Shown: positions 25,382 to 34,109 of the stretch, one piece after another
Layout: each line of letters opens with the position of its first letter
Numbering within the stretch: the stretch's first letter is position 1
Origin: a virus
Lineage: Duplodnaviria; Caudoviricetes
IMG/VR virus record: IMGVR_UViG_3300027749_000208
Span: 1 to 41,642 of that record
Direction: 5' to 3' (one strand)
Length of the DNA stretch: 41,642 nt
Position numbers and translations under genes: made by a program
Notes under the pieces: model-generated
Told to the model about the DNA's origin: nothing
The model's input: the letters and a program-made list of their open reading frames with translations, nothing else
Databases searched by the model: none

Positions 25382-26055
25382 TATGCACCAATTTCCATAA
25401 GTGTAATTGAAGAAGGAAAAGTGTTCAATGTTACTAGACCACTACTTGTTGATTCATAAGGTGCTGCTTGTGTTTTGTAGGTTGTCGCGCTAGTAGTTGC
25501 TGGAGAATCTAAGTAACAAGCCGTTAAAAAGCCCGCACTAGCCGAACTTGTACCACTAACTACATTTATCCCAAACGCTATTACACGACTGGCTAAGACA
25601 GTTGCACCGCGTAAGTATTGCCAACCGCCCCAACATCTATAAGCAGCCCTTTCGGCCTCACCATATTGCGAAATTAAAACTAAAATTTTGCTTGTATTTA
25701 ATGTCGGTGTAATTGTTGCCGTTAATCCAGTATCGGTAAAAGTAGTTGTTGAAATGGTTGTTCCTGTTGAATACTGAGCCGTTATAACTTGCAAAACTTT
25801 ACCGCTTGAAGGCAATGTTGCCCACGCTAACCCTGTACCTGCAGTTGAGTCAGCCTTGAGATATTGTCCATTGGTACCAACTGCTAGACGAGATACCGTA
25901 TCGGCAGCGGTACCAGCAATAAGGTCGCCCTTAGCATCTGCAATAGTTGCAGGTATTTCTCCGTGACTATGCCCACCTACTCCAATTGGATACCAAACAT
26001 TGTCGGTTGAATCCCAGACATAACCTGGTCTGGTTGTGTTACTAAATGTAGCCAA
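25381..26055 (-). CDS. Short tail fibre/receptor-binding protein, module 3 (TTG start)
   Basis: AKGDLI...RLAVGTNGQ.L...WAT linker followed by a GKVLQV...ITLMEIGA tip domain. Confidence 0.7.
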   Translation of the reverse strand: MATFSNTTRPGYVWDSTDNVWYPIGVGGHSHGEIPATIADAKGDLIAGTAADTVSRLAVGTNGQYLKADSTAGTGLAWATLPSSGKVLQVITAQYSTGTTISTTTFTDTGLTATITPTLNTSKILVLISQYGEAERAAYRCWGGWQYLRGATVLASRVIAFGINVVSGTSSASAGFLTACYLDSPATTSATTYKTQAAPYESTSSGLVTLNTFPSSITLMEIGA

Positions 26056-26056
26056 G

Positions 26057-26335
26057 TTAGTTTCCTCCTAGGAGTAGTTGTGCTTCTTCGGCAGTGATAC
26101 CGAGACGAGCAAGTAGTGCTGCTCTGGCTGTAGCAATATCAGGCGCAATTACTGTGCCATTATGTGCTGCAACAATTGGTATTGCTTTATCTTTGTCAGA
26201 TTCAGCAATGTTTAACCATAGGTCTTTGTTTTCATCTATAAGTGGGCGACCAGTAACTTCAACACCAATAACCTTTAGTTCCGCTACTAATTCTTCACCA
26301 TTAAGATTTGGTGGTGTATCAAATTGAATTAACAT
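26057..26335 (-). CDS. Small fibre-associated protein, module 2 (MLIQFDTPPNLNG...)
   Basis: TAATG coupling; C-terminal AALLARLGITAEEAQLLLGGN. Confidence 0.6.
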   Translation of the reverse strand: MLIQFDTPPNLNGEELVAELKVIGVEVTGRPLIDENKDLWLNIAESDKDKAIPIVAAHNGTVIAPDIATARAALLARLGITAEEAQLLLGGN

Positions 26336-26937
26336 TATGCTCCTAAGTAACTGAATTGAAGTTGAGTTGAGTAACCAGCAATAAGGTTTAACGCACCACC
26401 AGAGTTCTGACCACATCTACTATCTATGTAATCTCCCGCTACCAAATTTAATACTAAAGATGCTGAATGAGTAACTTGGCTGCCAACACTAGTATATGTA
26501 TGAAAAGTTCCAAATACATCTGTTCCATTTTTATAGATGTAACTCCATTTAGCGCCTGTTGCAGTTGCAGCCCAACAATGTTGATAGTTAATTAACCATT
26601 TTCCACTATATCCTGTAGGTACAGTTAAACGAGAATTGTTGGTAACATTGTCGTGGATGTTATTAGTATCATAATATTCGGCATCCCATGTAATAGTATT
26701 ATCGCTACCGCTTGTGCAAGATTGCACGGCAGTTTTATAAACCGATGCGCCCACATAAGTTGAACCGCTTGCAGGTGTAGCCCAACTTGGAATACCTGAT
26801 GCCACAGTCAAGACCTGAGCAGATGAACCGATACCTAAACGAGCAGGTGTACCTGCAGCAGAGGCATAAGACATATCACCAGCAGTGGTAAGTGTGGATA
26901 GATTCTGCGCCGTTTTCTGCGCTCTTGTATTAGCCAT
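26335..26937 (-). CDS. Short tail fibre/receptor-binding protein, module 2 (C1q/TNF-like tip)
   Basis: PARLGIGSSAQVLTVASGIP.WATP linker; W..E.YDT...H....NSRLT.P...G.W...L..GDYI pattern. Confidence 0.7.
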   Translation of the reverse strand: MANTRAQKTAQNLSTLTTAGDMSYASAAGTPARLGIGSSAQVLTVASGIPSWATPASGSTYVGASVYKTAVQSCTSGSDNTITWDAEYYDTNNIHDNVTNNSRLTVPTGYSGKWLINYQHCWAATATGAKWSYIYKNGTDVFGTFHTYTSVGSQVTHSASLVLNLVAGDYIDSRCGQNSGGALNLIAGYSTQLQFSYLGA

Positions 26938-27176
26938 TAGTTTCCTCCAAGTAGTGTCTTAAACTCATCTGCAGTTATGCCAAGACGAGTGAGTAGGGCT
27001 GCTTTGTCGGTAGCGGATTTATCAGGCAACGGGTTAGCAATAGCAGCGTTAATTTCTGCCTCTGTTTTTTTATCATCGGTAAGCCAGACAATATCGCCAA
27101 TTTCATCACCTGATAATGTCCACTCTTTTGCACCTAAATCATCAAGTGCTTTTACAATTTCTTTATGTGTTGTCAT
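26937..27176 (-). CDS. Small fibre-associated protein, module 1
   Basis: C-terminal AALLTRLGITADEFKTLLGGN. Confidence 0.6.
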   Translation of the reverse strand: MTTHKEIVKALDDLGAKEWTLSGDEIGDIVWLTDDKKTEAEINAAIANPLPDKSATDKAALLTRLGITADEFKTLLGGN

Positions 27177-29653
27177 TAGTACACTTCCAATACGCTAAAG
27201 TTGTTATTAAATCCAGCATTTGCACCGTATAGCGTTACACTACTGCCATCTGTTTTCATTTGTAACTTAAATACTGTTGATGATGCAGCAACATTTGTAA
27301 AATAAAACAAAACATTAAATTGAGTGTATCCAGTTGCACCTCTTGCACCAGTATAAAGCAATCCAGAACCTGTTGCGCCTGCAAATAACTTAAAATCTAT
27401 TGCAACATTTGCTGCACAATAAATGCTAAAACTTGCTTTGACTTCAATTTTGTTTGTTGCAGAAACAGGTGTGCGTGTAATTGTCATATTTGTTACATCT
27501 ACATAGGTTGTTGAAGTTGTTGAAAAATCTCCACCTGCTGCCGTTGTTGTTAAGACTGGCAAAGTGCCACCAGAAGGCGTAGCCCAAGTTGGGATACCGC
27601 TTGCGACTGTGAGCACTTGGGCAGATGAACCAATTCCTAGACGGGCAGGAGTATTAGCAGCAGATGCGTAAATGATGTCACCTGTTGTAGTAGTCAAAGT
27701 CTTAGCCACATAGGTAGTTGCAGCAGCAGCAGTTGTAATTGTATCTGTGTATGCCACCTGTAAGGCGGCAATAATTTCTACAATATCGCTTGTAACTGTT
27801 GCGGTAACAAGGACTACGCTAGTACCAGTAGTTGCTGTGTAATCAGAACCACGAGATAGAAGTACACCGTTAAGGAATACCTGCTCATACCCTGGGGTAT
27901 AGGCAAGAACATTTGTTGTATCATCTGTACCGCTAAGAGTTGTAGTTCCATTAGTTGGTGCTTTAGACCAACGAGTAACTACTGTAGTTGGTGCAGTGCC
28001 ATCTGTATCTACCCAGATAAGTCCATCTGTAGGAGATGAAGGTTCAGTTGGTTGAGCAAGAGAACCTGAGATAGCACCCCAAGAGGCAGCAGTTCCATTA
28101 GTTGTTAGATACTTACCTGAGTTAGATGTCTGTGAGGGAACTACATAAGCAGATGTTGTATCAAGAGATACGGTAACTGCGCCACTTGCGCCACCACCTG
28201 TTAATCCCGTTCCTGCTGTCACCGATTCTATATCTCCGCTTGTTGCCATAACAGACCAAACAGAGCCAGTCCAGACATACATAGCAGCAAGAGTTGAATT
28301 AAAGTACAGCGCACCAGTAAGAAGTGCGTTGCCATCATTGTCTAGTGTAGGTGCAGATGATTTAGCACCAAGGTATCTATCATCAAAGTTGTCATAAGTT
28401 GTGGCTGCATCTGATGCGCTAGTTGCTGCACTAGATGCCGATGTAGATGCACTAGAAGCACTGGTTGCTGCTGCTGTCTGTGATGTTGCAGCAGACGATG
28501 CGCTTGTTCCAGCAGAAGATGCAGATACTGCAGCATTTGCTGCAGATGTAGAGGCAGCCGATGCGCTAACACCTGCGCTAGTTACGCTTGTACTTGCTGC
28601 AGTTGCACTGGCAGCAGCACTGGTAGCAGAAGTAGCAGCAGCGGTTGCACTGGCAGCAGCCGATGTAGCAGAAGTACCCGCTGCTGTTGCAGATGCTGCA
28701 GCAGATGTTGCGCTAGTTGAAGCAGATGTAGCACTTGTCGCTGCTGCAGTTTGACTTGTTAAAGCAGATGAGGCAGACGTTGCCGCGCTAGTGGCAGACG
28801 TTGCAGCACTTGTTGCTGACGTGGCAGCAGCAGTCTGGCTTGTAAGAGCCGATGCTGCAGAAGTTGAAGCACTAGAAGCACTGGTTGTTGCAGAAGTTGC
28901 AGAGGTTAATGCAGAGGAAGCACTTGTTGCTGCAGAAGTGGCACTGGTTGCTGCTGAGGTAGCAGAGGTTGCTGCACTGGTGGCACTTGTGGCTGCGCTT
29001 GTGGCAGAAGTAGAGGCAGCGGTTGCTGAACCAAGAATAGAGTCAACGTAATCCTTAGGGGCTGCAGATGATGAAACCATACCTGCACTAGATAGACCAG
29101 TAATAGTTCCAGCACCGCTAACAACAATAGATGCTGTTGAACTTACTGTACCCGTAAGGGTTGCACCGTTAATAGTAGGAGTAGTAAGAGTCTTGCGTGT
29201 AAGAGTAACTGCTTGAAGTGAACCAACTACATTGCCATCGTTGGCTGCAAGCCCGTGGATATGTGTTAGTCCAGCAGAGGCAAGAATGGCTGTATCATTG
29301 TCATAACCGCGAGCAGCCTGATGAGTTTGTTCTTCTTTAAAGTCACGACCAGATACACCGTGGCGCACAGATGTACCAGCAGCATGAGAAACAGCCTGAG
29401 TATTATCTTGTCCACGGGTAATAGTAAGGGTTGTAGATGTTGCAGCCGTTACCGTTACTACTTCTTCTTTGGACCCATCTGGGTCAAGGATAAGTGTGTA
29501 AGGAACCGTTGATGGAAAACCGCTGACAGATACAACGGCAACGCTTGTTGTTGTATCACCAGTTGCTGCTGATGTAATAGAGTTAACCAGCGATGTTTGA
29601 ATTGCTGTAGCGGAAAAGTTCCGCTTGAGTACGCCTGGGTCGCCTGCTGCCAT
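27176..29653 (-). CDS. Long tail fibre with Ser/Ala/Thr heptad-repeat shaft
   Basis: (SATSAAT)n at ~28420-29030, FDDRYLG motif, shared PARLGIG linker before the tip. Confidence 0.85.
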   Translation of the reverse strand: MAAGDPGVLKRNFSATAIQTSLVNSITSAATGDTTTSVAVVSVSGFPSTVPYTLILDPDGSKEEVVTVTAATSTTLTITRGQDNTQAVSHAAGTSVRHGVSGRDFKEEQTHQAARGYDNDTAILASAGLTHIHGLAANDGNVVGSLQAVTLTRKTLTTPTINGATLTGTVSSTASIVVSGAGTITGLSSAGMVSSSAAPKDYVDSILGSATAASTSATSAATSATSAATSATSAATSATSAATSASSALTSATSATTSASSASTSAASALTSQTAAATSATSAATSATSAATSASSALTSQTAAATSATSASTSATSAAASATAAGTSATSAAASATAAATSATSAAASATAASTSVTSAGVSASAASTSAANAAVSASSAGTSASSAATSQTAAATSASSASTSASSAATSASDAATTYDNFDDRYLGAKSSAPTLDNDGNALLTGALYFNSTLAAMYVWTGSVWSVMATSGDIESVTAGTGLTGGGASGAVTVSLDTTSAYVVPSQTSNSGKYLTTNGTAASWGAISGSLAQPTEPSSPTDGLIWVDTDGTAPTTVVTRWSKAPTNGTTTLSGTDDTTNVLAYTPGYEQVFLNGVLLSRGSDYTATTGTSVVLVTATVTSDIVEIIAALQVAYTDTITTAAAATTYVAKTLTTTTGDIIYASAANTPARLGIGSSAQVLTVASGIPTWATPSGGTLPVLTTTAAGGDFSTTSTTYVDVTNMTITRTPVSATNKIEVKASFSIYCAANVAIDFKLFAGATGSGLLYTGARGATGYTQFNVLFYFTNVAASSTVFKLQMKTDGSSVTLYGANAGFNNNFSVLEVY

Positions 29654-29662
29654 GTGGGTGCC

Positions 29663-30580
29663 TTATCTCTGATAGTGTGAACGAATTGGGAATTGACGGC
29701 GCATGTTCTCCGCCACTTCGTTTAAACGAGTGTTGTAAACATTGAACAGGAAACGTGCTGCATTAGCACCACTGCCTGGTCCACGTTGGTTATCAAGTAC
29801 ATCTGCTTCTGCAGATAATGGACCTAAACGTGCAGGGTCAAGGAATGAAACCATACGAAAGGCTGCACCATAGATGAGCACATCTTCTGCATAAGTTGGT
29901 ATGCCAGTAATGGTTGACATTTCTTGTGTTGCTGTAGAGTTAATATCAAAAAGTGTTGGGCGCTTGGCATAAGCCACGTTAACTAATCGCCCTGGAACGA
30001 TTGGTGAATACACGCTTAGGCTGTGCCCAAAGTTAGTACCATCGCCAAAGGCTGTTGGATTAGCAGTTCTATCAATTTGCCATGCACGCACTGGTAGCCA
30101 TTCTTTAGATGGACCAATAACTGCGTGAGTAACTGAAAGGATATTCTCAACTGCATCTGGAATATCATAGGTTGTGCGAGCAGCAATGTAACTGAATTGA
30201 TACTGGCCTATGCCAAAGACTTGAGGATAGACAGAGTTAAGTGAATCGTTAATTGCTTTCTTGATTTCATAACGTGGAAAGACTGGAGCAGTAATAACCT
30301 TAGAAAGGTTATCGTGTGTAGCAGCAACTGAGCCACGCTGACCGCGCCCCCATGGGGCTAGGGTTAACACGTTATCAATGTTGTTGGTGCTATTGACATA
30401 CATGAGTTCATCGCCTACTTGTGCAAAGCCACGGCTAACAACGCTTGCATCATTAACTGCGATGCTGGTAGTTACTGCATCAGTGATAGCAGCAGTTAGC
30501 CAAGTGGTTGATTCAGTGTTCATGCTGTAGCCGTGGAGAAGTGTCTCAATACGGTCAGTCATCTGTTCAAGAGTGCTCAC
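29663..30580 (-). CDS. Head-tail adaptor / tail tubular A-like protein
   Basis: 305 aa between capsid accessory genes and the fibre; role inferred from position. Confidence 0.55.
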   Translation of the reverse strand: MSTLEQMTDRIETLLHGYSMNTESTTWLTAAITDAVTTSIAVNDASVVSRGFAQVGDELMYVNSTNNIDNVLTLAPWGRGQRGSVAATHDNLSKVITAPVFPRYEIKKAINDSLNSVYPQVFGIGQYQFSYIAARTTYDIPDAVENILSVTHAVIGPSKEWLPVRAWQIDRTANPTAFGDGTNFGHSLSVYSPIVPGRLVNVAYAKRPTLFDINSTATQEMSTITGIPTYAEDVLIYGAAFRMVSFLDPARLGPLSAEADVLDNQRGPGSGANAARFLFNVYNTRLNEVAENMRRQFPIRSHYQR

Positions 30581-30852
30581 AGGTTAATGCTCCTTAAGGC
30601 TGATACTGCTGACTTACCAGTGGTGCCAGCAAGTTCGTTGCATACTGCGTTTAAACCTTTGTAGTCATTTGGCTGGCGAGATGCACTAGCCTTGTAGTTA
30701 AGTGCTCCTAATAGGTCCTTGCCAGTTGTGCCAGCATAGGCATTAGCAGCCCCTGGTGCCTCTAGGAAGGCAGTACGGGCTGGGTATGTGCCTGAGTTAG
30801 CAAGCCGATTTAATTCTGCTACGAGTGTACTTCCGTCATATCCAGTTGCCAT
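30577..30852 (-). CDS. Small virion-associated hypothetical protein
   Basis: ELNRLA / LNAVCNELAGT internal motif; AAGGAG SD. Confidence 0.65.
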   Translation of the reverse strand: MATGYDGSTLVAELNRLANSGTYPARTAFLEAPGAANAYAGTTGKDLLGALNYKASASRQPNDYKGLNAVCNELAGTTGKSAVSALRSINL

Positions 30853-30862
30853 TACTTACTCC

Positions 30863-30991
30863 TTATTTGTTTCCTTTGATTTCAACAGGTGGCGTATTAA
30901 CGTCACGGCCACCAATCCCGTATGGGTTAACTGTTCCAAAGTTGTCGTCTTGGTTGACTTGGGTACTCCCACAGCCGCATGTAGAGCACAT
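30863..30991 (-). CDS. Mini-protein with N-terminal MCxxCGC motif (42 aa)
   Basis: Manual translation MCSTCGCGSTQVNQDDNFGTVNPYGIGGRDVNTPPVEIKGNK; fills the gap exactly. Confidence 0.6.
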   Translation of the reverse strand: MCSTCGCGSTQVNQDDNFGTVNPYGIGGRDVNTPPVEIKGNK

Positions 30992-30993
30992 GA

Positions 30994-31716
30994 TTACTTG
31001 CCCTTTTTCTTGAGCATGGACATTCCTTTTGAAACTTCCTTCTTAACCTGAGCCTTTGATTCGCCCTTCTTAAGTTCCATCTTCTTCTGGCCCTTAGGCT
31101 CAGTCTTTTCAAAGGCTGCATACGCTGCCTTCTTTGCAATCTTCTTTGGTGCTGCCATGATATTCCCCTTTTGTGTTATGACTTTGACATCTCCACCAAC
31201 ACTAATTGTGTAGTCGGCAGAAATCTTAATTGCCCTGCGTGCTGCGAACTCTGCAGCCTTCATAGAGTTCTTGTTGAAGCCAGTGGCTAATGCACCCAGT
31301 GCTATTGAGCCACCGCTTCCTACTGCGTACAATCCACGGTCATCCCTTGACCATAAATAGTCCTGGTCTACTTCGTAGATAATTCCGTTTAAACAGATAA
31401 GAGCATCAAAGCCAGCATCTTTATCGGCTGTATCTGGTGTGTAACTGTTCTCTCGCATAACTTCACGCAAGGAAGGTAGAACCTTTGTCTGTATAAATAT
31501 ATCCGTAGGCACTGTCTTTATCACCTTGGGTGGTGCCCATATAAAATTCGCTATATTGCCAGCAATGGCATCACCTGCAAAGGCAAATACATAATCACCC
31601 TTGCGTGTTACCTTTTCAAAACTTTTGGAAAAGTATGGCTTGTCATTATAGGTAGTCATGGAATCTGCTGCTATAACTGCCCAGCCTTTTCCCTGAATAC
31701 CTACGATGGCTGTCAT
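30994..31716 (-). CDS. Proteasome-beta/HslV-like Ntn hydrolase with in-frame Lys-rich C-terminal segment
   Basis: M-T N-terminal nucleophile, IAADS, K, AFAGD, YAVGSG..ALGAL; internal AAGGGGA SD before ATG at 31158. Confidence 0.8.
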   Translation of the reverse strand: MTAIVGIQGKGWAVIAADSMTTYNDKPYFSKSFEKVTRKGDYVFAFAGDAIAGNIANFIWAPPKVIKTVPTDIFIQTKVLPSLREVMRENSYTPDTADKDAGFDALICLNGIIYEVDQDYLWSRDDRGLYAVGSGGSIALGALATGFNKNSMKAAEFAARRAIKISADYTISVGGDVKVITQKGNIMAAPKKIAKKAAYAAFEKTEPKGQKKMELKKGESKAQVKKEVSKGMSMLKKKGK

Positions 31717-31985
31717 CCCTTAAATCCTCCCGTATTGGCATCAAATGCTTTGCCAACTTTGTTGGAAGCATCTATTGCTGTTTGAATTTGTTTTGTAGAT
31801 GTGCCTGCAGGTTGTATACCTTGCTCACGAGCAGACTTGTAAAGGTCTAACTCTTTGTTCCATTTCTTTTGTGGCATATTTTCTGCACGACCTGCATCGC
31901 CAGTGCCTAATTCTAATGTACTAATCTTGCAACCAAAGCAGCCTTCAACAAACTCAGGGTGCTGGGTTCTCTGATGTAGACTCAT
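31713..31985 (-). CDS. Conserved phage hypothetical protein (HP..VEGCFGCK)
   Basis: ATGA-coupled on both sides. Confidence 0.7.
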   Translation of the reverse strand: MSLHQRTQHPEFVEGCFGCKISTLELGTGDAGRAENMPQKKWNKELDLYKSAREQGIQPAGTSTKQIQTAIDASNKVGKAFDANTGGFKG

Positions 31986-32254
31986 AGTGCTGTTATGTTC
32001 TCCCCGTATACGCCACCGATAGAGGCATCGGTTAGGCGGTTTTTAGTTGCCTCATCAATAGTGTACTCGTGTCCACCTAGATAGTGTTCAGAGGATGCTG
32101 CAATGTCTGTCTGTGCTGGGAAGCGATAACTAGAGTATAGCCCATCAATCATAAGGACAGATACTCCACGGTGGATACCGTAACGAATAAACAGTCTATC
32201 CCACGCTATAGGTGTTTCAAATACTGTGGGTGGTACAAACTTGTACTGTGCCAT
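31982..32254 (-). CDS. Hypothetical virion-associated protein
   Basis: AAGGAG SD, directly after the capsid gene. Confidence 0.7.
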   Translation of the reverse strand: MAQYKFVPPTVFETPIAWDRLFIRYGIHRGVSVLMIDGLYSSYRFPAQTDIAASSEHYLGGHEYTIDEATKNRLTDASIGGVYGENITAL

Positions 32255-32273
32255 TTATTCTCCTTTTAAGCGC

Positions 32274-32309
32274 AGAGGGCGGGCGAAAGGAAACTAACTC
32301 CCGCCCTCT
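32274..32309 (-). terminator. Stem-loop after the major capsid gene (no U-tract; attenuator or mRNA stabiliser)
   Basis: AGAGGGCGGG/CCCGCCCTCT perfect 10-bp stem. Confidence 0.55.
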
Positions 32310-32318
32310 ACTATCAAA

Positions 32319-33491
32319 TTATGACTGGATTGATGAACCAGTCTCAATGCGGTATAACGCAGCCTGACGGTATAGTGAGAATCCGAGGACTCCGTACCAA
32401 CCGATAGGACGGAAACGCATCAAGCGGTCAACGACTGGTCCGATGATAACGTTTGGCTCCTGTGCAACTGCCTCAGCAAGTGCTTGCTTTCCAGCAAGAA
32501 TTGTGCGGTAGTTAGCAACTACTGGAGTTACTGTTACAACGGTTGTCGCTGTTACTGCTGCTGTGTTAGCAGTGTCAACAGTGATTGTAGTAGTTGAACC
32601 TGATGTAACCAAAGATGTAATCTTTGCACCTGATGCAACGCCTGTACCTGAGATTTTATCTCCTGCTTCTGCAGAAGTAGCAATGATTGATGTTGAAGCA
32701 ACACCAAATGTGTAACCTGCTGATGTACCAGCAACAGTTACTGCAGTTGTAGCAAATGCTGAACCATCTGCACCATCTATGCCACGGTACATACGAGGTG
32801 TTTCTACGAAGTAGGCACCCTCAAATGTTCCGATAGTTCCTGGCCAGAACTGTCCTGTGCCAGTCTCTGCGTACTTGTGCATGTCGTTCCATCCACCAAC
32901 GCCTGTTTCGGCGCGTAGGTCATGTGATACTTCTGGGTGGATACCACACCAGTAGAGTGAGCCTTCGCGTGGAACAGCCTTGTTTGAACGCAACTTAGCA
33001 ACAGCCTTACGGATGTTTGCAGCAGTTAGTGTGTCAGATGCTGTGATTGTGGCTGTTGTTGTACGGGCTCCGCCGTAGATAACATTTGTGCCAGTACGCA
33101 ATGTTTCCATTGCAATCTTGTCAAGTGAGTCAGCCATGTTGAAAGCGATGATGTCAGCAACTGCTGGGTCAACGTCAGACAATGAGAATAACTGCAACTT
33201 GCGAGTTACAAGTGAAGCATTACCGTATTCAGCAAGTGATACTGAAACGGTTGAAACATCTGACAATGCTACTGCATCTGGGTCAGTTGTCTCTGATGAT
33301 AGTGCGGATGTTGCCGCAGCCAAGTCATTGTAAATTGAGAATACAACGCTTGAACCTGGCATCGCTTGCTGAGCAGGGCGCTTGTCGGCTACTGAACGAA
33401 TCAGTGGCTGAGCACGAAGCGCGAACTCTACATAGCGGTCATACGCGGTTTTGATTAAGCCAGCGAGTGCTGACGAATCTGTGTATGCCAT
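32319..33491 (-). CDS. Major capsid protein (N4-gp56-like, HK97 fold)
   Basis: EYGN, DS.D, IRKAVAKL, IHP.V.HDLR, GTIG.FEG..FVE, G..ALA.A, DRL.RFR.IGWY; GGAGG SD; follows scaffold gene. Confidence 0.9.
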   Translation of the reverse strand: MAYTDSSALAGLIKTAYDRYVEFALRAQPLIRSVADKRPAQQAMPGSSVVFSIYNDLAAATSALSSETTDPDAVALSDVSTVSVSLAEYGNASLVTRKLQLFSLSDVDPAVADIIAFNMADSLDKIAMETLRTGTNVIYGGARTTTATITASDTLTAANIRKAVAKLRSNKAVPREGSLYWCGIHPEVSHDLRAETGVGGWNDMHKYAETGTGQFWPGTIGTFEGAYFVETPRMYRGIDGADGSAFATTAVTVAGTSAGYTFGVASTSIIATSAEAGDKISGTGVASGAKITSLVTSGSTTTITVDTANTAAVTATTVVTVTPVVANYRTILAGKQALAEAVAQEPNVIIGPVVDRLMRFRPIGWYGVLGFSLYRQAALYRIETGSSIQS

Positions 33492-33518
33492 GTGTTCACC
33501 TCCTGGTGATTGGTAGTG

Positions 33519-33986
33519 TTAGTTATATGTTTGAATACCAAGGATGGAACTTAAATCAGCAGCCGAGGTAGCATTTAAAATCTTTGCAAGTGCATCTTCG
33601 TCCACCCCTGGAGGTGTACCTGTTTGCATCACATCTTGGATTCTGCGTTGTGCTGCGTTAGCAGGGTCCTTAGCCTTTTCATCGGCTGGTGCCTGTACTC
33701 CGAACACATCGCCATACTCAGCAAGCCATGCTGACACGGCTTCTTCTGTAGTATCAATATCCTGTGGGATAAATGCTGCGACTTTAGGGTTAATACCCTT
33801 TGCTGATAGAACATCCTTGACAGTACGTTGACGTGTCTGATTTTTCAGACCATTTGCTTCTACCTCAAGTTCTTTCAAACGCTTTTCAAGCGTGCGATTT
33901 ACCTTGCGTAGTTGCTTAACAACGTCTCCACCATCGGTGGTTAAGTCGTCATCTTCGTCGTCGTACTCGTTGTAGTTGGTAGCCAT
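33519..33986 (-). CDS. Capsid scaffolding protein
   Basis: Acidic N-terminus, coiled coil, immediately upstream of the capsid gene. Confidence 0.75.
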   Translation of the reverse strand: MATNYNEYDDEDDDLTTDGGDVVKQLRKVNRTLEKRLKELEVEANGLKNQTRQRTVKDVLSAKGINPKVAAFIPQDIDTTEEAVSAWLAEYGDVFGVQAPADEKAKDPANAAQRRIQDVMQTGTPPGVDEDALAKILNATSAADLSSILGIQTYN

Positions 33987-34109
33987 CTACCTATCTCCCT
34001 TTTGTTGGTTGTATTCGCAATCCACAAACAAGGTTCGGGGAAACCAAGTTGGCTATTGCTACCAGTCTTGTACGCTCCTCAGGGCTGGTGGGTCTGAGTG
34101 AGGATTCTT
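33987..34109 (-). promoter_or_regulatory. Structured 5' leader of the scaffold/capsid genes (candidate pseudoknot plus hairpin with UUCCCC loop)
   Basis: Stem 34094-34102 pairs with 34075-34082; loop ACCAG (34085-89) can pair with CUGGU (34061-65); long hairpin GCAAU...GGUU-UCCCCG-AACC...AUUGC ahead of the SD. Confidence 0.5.

Noticed and set aside
28420-29030. Repetitive GCA/GCT-rich tract as CRISPR or satellite
   Set aside because: It is the degenerate coding repeat for the Ser/Ala/Thr fibre shaft; there is no constant repeat with unique spacers.
25136-29653. Diversity-generating retroelement or invertible fibre cassette
   Set aside because: No reverse transcriptase or invertase; linker copies differ at wobble positions rather than at adenines, and all modules face the same way.
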